NCBI RefSeq assembly: GCF_000002075.1
Contig: NW_004797307.1
Location: forward strand, 2,047,934-2,108,242
Direction of reading: 5' to 3'
DNA from: Aplysia californica
Taxonomy: Eukaryota
DNA length: 60,309 nucleotides
Shown: positions 36,501 to 48,500 of the stretch, one piece after another
Position numbering within the stretch: position 1 is the stretch's first letter
Layout: the number at the start of each line of letters is the position of its first letter
The notes under the pieces: model-generated
Databases searched by the model: none
What the model saw: the letters and a program-made list of their open reading frames with translations, nothing else
Told to the model about the DNA's origin: nothing
Made by a program: the position numbers and the translations under genes

Positions 36501-39500
36501 GATAAAAGTAAAAGAAAGTAAGCTCTCTACCAGAGACCAGAGCAGCAAGTGTGNNNNNNNNNNNNNNNNNNNNNNNNNNNNNNNNNNNNNNNNNNNNNNN
36601 NNNNNNNNNNNNNNNNNNNNNNNNNNNNNNNNNNNNNNNNNNNNNNNNNNNNNNNNNNNNNNNNNNNNNNNNNNNNNNNNNNNNNNNNNNNNNNNNNNNN
36701 NNNNNNNNNNNNNNNNNNNNNNNNNNNNNNNNNNNNNNNNNNNNNNNNNNNNNNNNNNNNNNNNNNNNNNNNNNNNNNNNNNNNNNNNNNNNNNNNNNNN
36801 NNCCCCAACTTCTAAATACAGTCAAACTTTTGTTGATTTTAATTAGTAAAATAAAGGGGGAATCCATCTCCTTTCGTTAAATCCCAGTTTCACTGTACAG
36901 GCTGACCCTGTACTAGCCACTGCTTTTACCTTTTTCTCTTGATCTTTTCAGCGGGAGGGGACGGTGACCTCTTCCGTTTTGTGTTGCCCTTCTTCTGTCG
37001 TCTGCTTTTGTCTGCGTCTGGACTGTCTCGCACCTGAGTAGTTTGAAACAACACAAAAGAATTAGTAATATGTACTCATGTGGGTACATTTTATAACACT
37101 TGTTAGCTCCACTTATCATTCTGTCTCGTACGAGTTAAATACAAAATATTGCTGTGCCTACCTCTATGATTTAAGATATAATATGCTTTAATTCTACTAG
37201 TTTGAGAAAAATGACACCTAAATTCATTATATAAATCTGTAAAAAATCACATGCCATTTGAATCCCTCTGCCCTGATTTTAATAGCTGTGAAAAGCCCAA
37301 ATATCATAAATGCTGAAGAAGAAAAATTAATGGGAACAGCGCTGGTCCATAAAGTAAAAAAAAAACCAACAACCATTAAAACTTTGTAGGTCGGTGTAGG
37401 AAAATACTCACATCATCCACAGTGAGACGAACCTTCCCAAACTTCTTTGTCTTTTTCCCTTCAGCCTGGAGGATGGAAAGAAAACATCAGAACTGAAAAC
37501 CATTTCTCAAATACATTACAACCCTCCCCCTCATGGTTTCTTGTAATCATTGAACATTGTAATGTCTAAGTGGTGGGCAGTAAACGTTCTGGTGTCAAAA
37601 TAGAAAGATATAAGTAAGAAGATATAACTGTAAATGTGGGTTGTAAAGCCATTCGACTCTACAAATCCCATTGAAAACCAGCAGTTCCCATCAGTTCTTA
37701 GAGCTGAATGCTACAATACAGTTTGCAATTGTTTTTTCTTAAACAAAGTAAGAGAAACACATCAACCCAATAATGGTCACTGATTTAGTATTGGGAAAAA
37801 GTAAGACAGACAGAGAGTAACAACAGAGGGAAAGTAAAGAAGTAGGATCTACCAGTGGCACCCTCTATCCACCTGATTAGCCTACTTCAAAAAAATATAT
37901 TTTCCATCATGAGGAGATCACCTGAACAGACAAGTATGAAGAATCCTCAGCACAAAAACATTGTGCATACAGGGGGAACAGACATTGGATTACAAAAACA
38001 CAAGACACTTTGAAACTGAAAATTTTGGGGTGTAAAAAGAAGAGTGAAACTGATGTGGTGATTAAATAATTAGACACTATAAATCATTTTTTTAAAACCC
38101 CATGAAATCCAAAGAAACAGCATGTAAAAGAAAATGCCACCCAAAAACCAGTTTCAAATTTGAGTAAAGGCAAGCACATGTGCACAATAATGGTCATTTA
38201 GAGCAGGGGTGGGGGGGNNNNNNNNNNNNNNNNNNNNNNNNNNNNNNNNNNNNNNNNNNNNNNNNNNNNNNNNNNNNNNNNNNNNNNNNNNNNNNNNNNN
38301 NNNNNNNNNNNNNNNNNGGGGAGCAAGACAAACAGAAACAACAGGAAAAGGGAAAAAAAGGTAGAACCCTCAGTACAACATCCCCACCCCCCACACCACA
38401 TAAATCAAGGACCAAAAAAAACAACCTGGAATTGACTGAAGCTTTAATTTGTGAGGAAAGAACTTACAGAAGAATAAAATACATTATACATTGACCAAAA
38501 CAGAAAAAAAAACTCTCATCAATTTCAGAAACAAAAATTCTATCTCTTTAAAAATGTCAGAAAAAGCAGGAAACTTGAATTAGGTCAACTTACATTAAAC
38601 TCGTCCTCCACGAGATAATCTTCCTCATTCATCCATTCGTTGAACTCCTCCAGGTCCAGAAGCCACCGCGCACTGACCTGTCAAAAAGATACAAAGATCC
38701 TTTCTTTTTAAAACTTTTTAGAAATACCCAAGCTCAGCTTTCTCTCTAGTAAAAGAATAAATTGCCATCATTAGTATCAGTGGCTCAATCAACAAATTCA
38801 TCATAACAAATCGTTCCGAATACTTTTAAATCTCATCTCTCATCATCGTTTAAATGAGAAGGCACTCTATTGCCGTTCAAGTTTACAACTTCTGTTTTTG
38901 GGCCTAGGTTGGAATGATAAGCTCACTGGCATAATGATGGCTATAAACTTATAAAGACATGGAACAAATAAAACAAGACTATTATATAGCATGGGATGGT
39001 ACTCCATTACTACCTGTTGATATCAGCAAATTTAGAAACACATTAACAGTCAAACCTTCTTTAACAACCACCTGTCCTAAACAACCATCTGTCCTAAACA
39101 ATCACCTGCACAAATGACCACTTCCCAATTTGAGTTTTTTTGTCGTTTTAAAATAACACTAAACTTTTTTGTTTTAGTAAGGTTTTACGGCATTCGCAAC
39201 TGCATTCGGTCATATGAGCGCCAAGGGGTGGATGTGAACAGAGAAGTCCAAACGGGGAATCAGGCTTACTCTGCTCACCTCTCTAGTCCCAACAGCACAA
39301 GGTCTGCTTTGACTATCAAGGCACCCCGGAAATAGCAGTTCACAAGAGAGTGACAAACATACAAAAGAAGAATAGGAAAAATTACGATAGTAAGGATGAG
39401 GGGAAAAAAAAGCAGCAGTTCCCCTGATGTTGCTCCGGCACAGCATGAGCATGACATTGATAAATCAGCCCATTTACAATTCTGCTGTGCCTAAAAACAT

Positions 39501-42500
39501 AACATGTTAATATCCTCCCCTTTGGGAATGGCCTAAGGACAATTCAGGCAGCATCAGTTTGGAGAGGAAACTTTCTTCGTGTTCAGTTTTATGACTAGTT
39601 TTCTGCCGTGGATTTTAACGATAAGCTCGCTGACATTGATAATTAACTATAAAGACGAGGAACAAACAAAACAGACTTACACAGTATCAATGGTACTCCA
39701 TGACCATCAGTTGAAATGAACAAATTAGAAAACTTTTCTATAACCTTGCATTGCCGAAGTAACCCATCACGATCATATCATGCCATTTTTACATTTTTCA
39801 TTGTATTTTTTATCCAAAGGTTAACTTGTTTCATTGTAAAACAGTGATAAACATAAAGTCTTTGAAAGCAAATAAATCAACAAAGACGCAATGAAAACTG
39901 ACAGTGAAGGTAAAAATAGTTACACCTTTAAAATATAACCAAACCCCCCCCCCCCCCCCCCCCCATGTTCTTTTAATCACAAAGCAAATACATGTACTAT
40001 CTTCTACAATTCATGAATAAAAAGTAGGAAACAAGTCCCTCTCAAGTAATCAATCAACACATGAGAAATGCTGTTCAGTTACTACCGTGGGCATCACATA
40101 AGACACTAGATATCATCAGTTCACATCGGTCCAGCACCACACAATCCGTCCCCGACTAGCAAGCCTATGTCCACTATGCGAGCAGCTCATTAGAGTCGAC
40201 TTACCTCCCATACTGCAGGCTTCTCGTTCTGGTCGAAGTCATACTCTATGTTCACATCAGTCACCCAGGAATCATAGCTGCAAATAAACAAATTATGAAC
40301 TTGTACACACAAGGGAGTGAATTTGGTTTTCGTTTTTAAGCTGACAGGCATTACATGCACTGAATCATGAACTTGATTGAAGTCTTAGTGGTACAGCATT
40401 ATCAATATCAGTTCAATAAGGAAATCCAATAAGGGCTACATAAAAAGCACACAGGGCACAAGAGCCATCCTCTTATCGGTGTGTAAAAAAAAATAATAAG
40501 ACATCAGAATGGACAGAGAAATGAAAACATATCAACCTGTCAATGAAAGGAGTCAAAAGTTTCACTAACTTTCGATGTTGACAAACAAAGCAATTAAGAC
40601 CCTGTTAACAAATCAGAAAAATAAAAGCCTAACAGCATATCTTACCTGTCTGGAAAGTACCACCAGTGAATGTTGTATCCTTTGTCTCTCTTCATGGTTG
40701 GTCTGAAAAATTCCTCCGCTGAAAAAAAAATAATGTAAAATATTTGTCAACCAACAGCCATACAATACCAAAACAAAACAAAAAACAAAAAACACTCAAT
40801 AATGCAAGCCTGCAAGTCATAACCAACTTGCACAGGAACATGTGGATCAGCACTCCTTTCCTATGATGAAAATTCAATTTTAAAAAGTGTATTGTAAAAT
40901 AAACGTTTTATTTGAGGGCGGTGCCTAAGTAAACTCACCGATCATAGCTGCCACTCAGAAATTTTTAAAAAGGAGGAAATTCACGCGAAAGCGTACGCGC
41001 GCTCTCCGAAACCAGTGAGATCCAGAGGCAATATATACTGAAAAATCTAGCCTACGGTTTTGGAAGGGAAGACTGTCATATTGTTAACCATAGGCAACTG
41101 AATTAAAATGTATTTGAAAAAAACAACAACAAAAAACAACAACATTAAAGGCAGTAAGTTGACAAACAAGCATTCGAGTCAATTTGACACAGTTTGGACT
41201 TGGTGACTAAAAATCTAGTGTTTTTTGCCAGCTGGTGTCTCATAAAAAGATTTCTTTCACTTTAAACGTGTACATACATAGACGTAGAGCAGTATCGGAT
41301 CAAGGATACACAGGCACTCCTGTACAATGGCGGTCCAGTTTGCACTTAGTGCCCCTGACCTGTAGTGTGTTTCTTATTTAGAGATAAATTGAATTAAAAT
41401 TATAGCCTAGGCTATCTAATCTAGATCTAGATATATCTAAATATGTGTAGATCTAAATTATATCTAGAGATAGATTTTCTAGATCTAAATCTAGATCTAG
41501 ATTCACTTCCGCAGCAGCCACAATAGCCGTCATGTAAACAAACGGGACCGCAATTGTACAGGACTGTAACAGGAGTGCCGCGGGCCGCGATTTCTTTCGC
41601 AAAAAACAGCTAGATCTAGTTCAATTTTCTAATGAACTTTTCAAGTCGCACACCGGCTGCTTCTTTCTCATTCCAGCTCCTTTTATTTTTGCATTCTGAA
41701 TCAATTTCTCTCGAATTTCCGCCAATTTCAATGACAACTCGGCGCGCTAACGTCCCGATGCCCGATCGACACTGTGTTGCTCCACAACAATGAACAATGT
41801 GAAACTAGCGCTGGGCCTAGAAGAACGGAAGTAGAAAGCTACGGGCGGACATGCGCAGACCGCGTTTTCGTCTCTCTCCCGGTTCGGTGTTTTCCGCGTG
41901 GAAAAAAAAGTATGAAATTTGCGACCAAGAGCGGTCCAGCGGAGGAAGGAGGAAAGTTGCGGGGAAAGCTAGATGTAGCGGAGTTTCCGCTATTTAGCGG
42001 GAAAGTGGCAGCTATGACCGATATAATAGCCACACTCAAATGGGAAATCACTGTATCTTAACACATTACACCCTAAGGGCCTGGACGGGAAGTCCATTGT
42101 TAGATCCTAAGCAAGGGGAAAGAACCCACCTCCCGTGAATACTAGCCTTTAAAAAACACATTTTAAAAATACTAAACAAATTCCAAAAATCCTGAAAAAA
42201 TAAAAGTTAAAAAGAAAACTGAATGTAGTTTCAGAAAAATATAACTTTATGTATGCGCAAACTGTTGGAAATGTTCTAACTTTAGTTCAATCGGGGTGTC
42301 CGACCCGTCACTCTCACTCTCAGCCTCGCGGTCGGGCCCTAGATCTAAATTCTATAATTTCTCCGTCTGATCAATCGGAATCGCCCCAAACTCTTCCTAC
42401 AACGTTTTCATCAAAATCTGAGCCATCTGATTTGTCACATGCTCGTTTTTGCTCAAATCCATCGTTATTTCTGTTTTCGAACTCAATTGTGTCGCTTTTC

Positions 42501-45500
42501 AACAAGTCGAGGCACTTTCGAAGTGTCGGTAACGCGATCGCACTTCAATCAGCTCTAATACTAACACTACTGGCCCGAAAAATTTCGTTTTGGTATCAAA
42601 CGAAAGAAGAAACTTTTTGCTATACTATGCAAATCAAAATCCCGGCCCCAGAGACTTTCATTTCTAAAGACGCTGGGTCGGCGCGGGCAGTTCCGGGCGA
42701 GTCAGGGTGGAGCGCGTAAGGGAATTCACGGGCGATCCCGGGCGAGTTAGGGTGTAATGTGTTAAACATCTATCTGAGCATCCACTAAAATACCACATCT
42801 CATATACGCTTTTATTTCTTTATGCCAAGATTTTATAACACCAATAACAGTTCTTTCATTAAATTCAACTTTATTTTTTTCCCCACATCATTTAAGAAAT
42901 TTATTAAGACCAAACAGTGCACTGATTGCAAAACTACCAGCAAAAGGGTGAATCGTGAGTAAAACATTTAAAAGATTAATTGAATGCTCGGTTTAAATGT
43001 CAAATAAATTTGTTGTACTGTGAAATCTGTCACAATCCTACATCCACTTTTCCATCCATCAGGACAAATGTCAGCACAAGCTAAAACACACATCAGCCTC
43101 AGACCTGAAGTAGTGTTATGGGTGAAATGAAATAGAAATACTGTTAGGGAGCATGCCTTTTAATCAATTTATCAAAGGCTAGACCAGGCAGTCATTTGCC
43201 AAAAAAATTTTACAGGCAACAACAATTACAAGCAATAGGCTACAACCAATCAAGCTTGCTTCTACGGTTAGCGTCACTGGAAGCGGCATTTATAACTGTA
43301 CCACTAACCACAACGGATGTTTCTATCAACAACCAAAAAAAAAAGTACGGAACAGACAACGTCGAGGCAGGCTTAAGAAAAAAGTGGGCACTAACATTCA
43401 CCTTCCTGCGCAGGGGGGTTCTGAGGCATGGTGTGCACGATGTGACTGGCTGACTCGACCGTGTCCACCACAGTCCCCTGGTGTCGCTTGACAATGTCGC
43501 GAAGCTTGGGCACCAGAGCCTTGTCAACCTCTGGCTTTATAAAAATTTGGGGCAGGACAAAACAGCGGGAGCCAACCAATGCTTTCTCCACCTGCAGGAA
43601 CATCTCTACATTGCGGTCCATGCGGGATGGGGAGGCAAAATCGAACCGGCGCCTGTTTACAACAGCAATGGGAAAGAAATGGGGAAATGGGGGGGGAGTG
43701 CATTAAAATACAATACTGAAGTGCTCATATTTCCAGTTGACAGACTTTTATCATCCAACATTTGAATGGTGTAGCAGTAACAACATACTTTTCTTGGTTC
43801 AGAACAGTAAAATCTACATACACAGAGTTGTCTTTTAGAAGACAGGAAAAGTCAATATTAAACCATGCCNNNNNNNNNNNNNNNNNNNNNNNNNNNNNNN
43901 NNNNNNNNNNNNNNNNNNNNNNNNNNNNNNNNNNNNNNNNNNNNNNNNNNNNNNNNNNNNNNNNNNNNNCCAATGGACTTCTCGGAGGCTGAGACATTTA
44001 CATTTACATTTACAGAAAAAACGGAAAATGACTTTTAAATATAACCTGGAACAGATCCCCATATGTGTTTCAAAAGAAACCCTTGTTCCATGTTTCAAGC
44101 TCTGCTTCTACAGCGAGACTCTATTCTTTCATAACAGATCAATTCTAGAAAAAAAAATTGCGATTAAATTACCAAAATCAAAAGTGAGTCATAAGAGTAA
44201 TTGTACTTCAGAACATCTGTTGACTTTTTTTGTTGTTTACCATACTCCATGAATATCAAAATGAAAACAAAAGTCTTCAATAAAACTAACCATCCTTGTT
44301 CACTTTTGAATTTGAATACAGCTTGAAAGATCTGACAGAGGCTTGAACCTGGCTTGAAGTCCAAAAAGCATTTCATCTGAGGACAAAGAAAAAGATGATG
44401 TTTGTATTGAGCACGAAGAATGTAATAGGAATATGTTATGTTATCTTTATTCAAAAGGTGTCGGTAGTCTAGTGGTTACGCTACTGGACCCGTACTCGTG
44501 AGGTTGCCAGTCCAGGGTTTCGAGCCGCAGGCCCGGCATGTCCTTGGGAAAGGCACTTAAAACGAATTTTCCTCACTTCCCACAGGAGGGAATGGGTACC
44601 AAGCCATAGACAGCGAAAGACCTTGTCAGCATGTTTATGTTTTAGAGCGTATAAAAGGCAGCTTGCACTGTATGCTTCCCAGGAAGTTGAGATTGTTTCA
44701 GAATGTTATCTATCTGTTAGGGTAGTAATCAGATTGTAAAGCGTATAGAGCTTGCTGTTAAGCAGGAATTTGCGCTATACAAAAGCTATCGACAATTATT
44801 GAATTCCTCAACACCACTACCTCCACACCTCAATTAGGAAGGTTTCACATTAATTTCATAAGTGGATGAGAGCACTAATAATATCACATGAAACAGGATT
44901 TTTGAGAATGTTGACCACTTACCGGCAATTTGGTGAGAGCTGGATTAGAAAAATTTCTTCCAAATGCTTCTTCTTGAAACTGCAACAGCTGAACTAACAG
45001 ACTTGCCAAGCTCTTGTTTGTTGGGGGATCTGCGTGTACATACTGAGAAGGAGAAATACAAAAAAGAGTTTTAAGGAAACATTGAACAGAAAAAACAAAA
45101 CAAAAATCAGCACATTTCCAGAGAAAAAGGACAAAAAGAGATACACTTTTATATGTTCTGATACCCGAGTGGGAATTTGTGCCTGCCAATATTATTATTA
45201 TTTCACAGCTAATACCTTCATTTCAATCCATTGCACACTGCCACATCAACTAGCATGTTACCATATAAACCAGAAAATTGGTAAATAAGTGAAAAGTCAT
45301 GCATAATACTCTGTTTTACAGACACGCATATCCATTAATTTTTAAGGTGTGATATTATTATTAATGTAATGCACACTGAGCATTTTTAAGAAACGAAATG
45401 ACCATTCGGAGTCCAAATAGACAAAAATTATATTCGGACTCTGAATTGAGTCTTTATATCTCCTATCTTCCTTGCCCACGAGATTAAACCAAACTTGCTA

Positions 45501-48500
45501 CAGGAAACCTTGTGATTGGATGACCCCAGGAATGTACTGTTTCAGCTTGTTCGCATATTTGAGGCCCTGACTGGGTGCCAAAGTGACGCCAGATTTATTT
45601 ACGTGTTCAGTCGCATTTTTTTTGTTTTCTCATGGATTCGGGCAGTATTTTGACATTTAGTCATTTTCAATTATTATCACATTTGTTTCTTTGCAAGCTT
45701 AATAACATGATTTTTAATGCTTGTTATCAACATTTGGACACAATGATAGTGTGTCTAAAGTGGTTTTCACCATTGACAGCTATTTTAATGAGTATGTATC
45801 TGACCCACTCTACTCCACTGGTATCTGACTCTGCTAGACTTCTGACTCAGCCAATGCTGTATCTGACACAAATTCTTGATTCTTTATTATATAACCATTG
45901 ACATTACAATATTTTACGTGCCGGAAGGATGAGAAACTATGCATTTTATGCTACAATCCGGGCAACCCCCCCGTTGGACAAAAACGGGGTGATTAAACTG
46001 CAAATTCTCTTTCATCCTTGATAGGGCCTCATATTTAAATAACTCTCCAGCTTTCAGAGTGTAACAAAACGTAGAATCTAGGCCACAGGCTCCATCCACA
46101 ACCAACGTTAACTCTTCCGGGGGAAGAGCTTATTACGCTGTTTTGCTCAGCTGATGAAGAAAAAGCTGTCTTAAGGACTATTTTTATCAAAATCCCACCG
46201 TCACTGTAGAGTCAACAAAAGTAAGAGAGGTTGCTTTAGGCTTTAGGTTTGTCAGCCACTCTTTTAGGGTTAGATTTAAAAACAACATTTTAAACGATTT
46301 TTTTGTGCTCCAGGGCCTGAAAACTTTCTAAAGTCCTACAGCCAGACCCGGTACGTTTACTCTACCTGATGAAAAAATAAGCTTGTTTGATTTATAATTT
46401 TGAATACCATTGCGCAGGTACAAAAAACAATTTGAGTGCAAAACATTCGGAAATTGACCTATATTATATTATCCCCTTTCGAACCCCAGGTCATTCATAA
46501 CAACAAGAGCGTCTAGAAAGGTTATTCGAATGGGCGTAACTACTCGTAATGTCTTAGCTTACAAGAGGGGGTTATTCATGTGTTGGGACTAGTCGATTCG
46601 TGATGTCCCGGCCCAGGGGGCGGCCATTTTGGCAAAATCAGTCAGGGAATCTCCAGATTGGGCGCTTTTTCGCCTGTCTTGGCCCCAGGAGTAGGCTAGG
46701 GGGGGTTCAGGTGGGCCCCCCCAAAAAAATGAATTTTATCATAATTTGACGTTTTGTAGATAGGTTTGATATCTCTCGCTCGCCGAGCATCAAACATAGC
46801 CCATAACAGATCTAGATCAAGGCTCACAAAAGCAGGGTGGGAACTGCCGAAAATGCGCCCGATCTAGAGATTCCCAGACTAATTTTGCCAAAATGGCCGC
46901 CCCTGAGTCGAGACATGACAACTCGACTAGTGCCCATGTGTTTGTAACACACTCCCATACGTTTCCAGGTGAGCGCGGTACACCAACAGTACACGTTGAG
47001 TGACCCCGGCAGCCTGCCTGGAACGTCCGACGTAATCGGTTGCTGATAAGATTTGCATCTCAGCAAAGACGCAGGACTAGAGTTAATGTAGAAAATGGAC
47101 GACTCATACAGTTATAATGAGTCCTGAAATAACGAGAAGTCTGAACAATTATAAAGACACTACAGTCGAACCTGTGTAAGATGGAATCGCAAGGGAGCCA
47201 GAAAAAAATTCTGTCTTAGACAGGGGAATTTAGGGGGAGATGGAGGTTGGGGGGGAGGGGGGGGGGGGGTTCAAAGGCCCAGCCGGTGGGATCAAGGATC
47301 ACTTGTCTTATCGACAAGCAGTGGTCAAAGCTTCACACTTCCCAGCTGCTATCCTCTTTGATAATGACATGCGTCAGTCTTACTTATCCAATTACCACCA
47401 GCAGACCTGCCACTCTATGAAACCTCAAAATCAGGATCTCGGGGAGAAAAAATCGGGAATTGGTGAAAAAAATCGGGATCAACAGCAACTCACCAAGGTG
47501 ACTGCCAAAGCTGACTTAGAATTTTTCCAGGGTGTCCGATAAATTACTTGGCCTATATGCCCCCTGAGTGTCTTTCNNNNNNNNNNNNNNNNNNNNNNNN
47601 NNNNNNNNNNNNNNNNNNNNNNNNNNNNNNNNNNNNNNNNNNNNNNNNNNNNNNNNNNNNNNNNNNNNNNNNNNNNNNNNNNNNNNNNNNNNNNNNNNNN
47701 NNNNNNNNNNNNNNNNNGTAAATCCTGAAGCATCACGTCAAGCACTCCTGAATGTTATTTATCCTAATTTGATGTTGGAAGAGGCTAGCCGTACTTATTC
47801 TTAATATGATGGCTAGACTGACCATTTACAAAAAATAGGCCTACTGAATTGTAAATATACATTTTTAGTGTGCAGTACCTAAAGTATTTGTATTTGAGAC
47901 AAAACCAGGTTCCTTAATGACAGTGCATGTATTTTAAACCTCCTGTTTTCTAATGTAAATAGGGCCTAACCTAAGATAAGTACGGCTAGACTGTCAGTCT
48001 AGCCATACTTAATATTGATGGCTGAATTGTAAATGAAAATTTTAGTTTGCAATGCCTAAAGTATTTGTATTTCAGACAAAACCAAAAGGTGCCTTACTGA
48101 CTTGCATGTATTTGAACCTGAATAATAACTAGATCTAGATCTAGATCTCATGAGACCTGTGTACTTAACAGGATTGAGTCGATTGGGCCAAACCTAGATC
48201 TAAGTACGGCTAGACTGGCAGTCTAGCCGTACTTAAGTACGGCTAGACTCTCAGTCTAGCCGTACTCACTTCGTTTGATGTTTTGCAGTTAGGTTGCATC
48301 CCGGCTCTTTGTGTAGCCTATTTCAAATAGTATTTGGTCATCAAGACTTCTGGATTTCTCTTTGGATGTAAAGAAATAGATCGTGGACTTAAACGAACTG
48401 AACTACAACAAGATCACCTTTCCAACTTAATTTGACTACAACGAACAATTCGCACCGGTCCCCTCCCTCTCGTCTCTCGTTATAACAGGATTCCACTGTA

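Noticed and set aside
42249-42719. 156-aa ORF as a piggyBac transposase
   Set aside because: No transposase motifs; it is internal to a 700-bp non-autonomous element.
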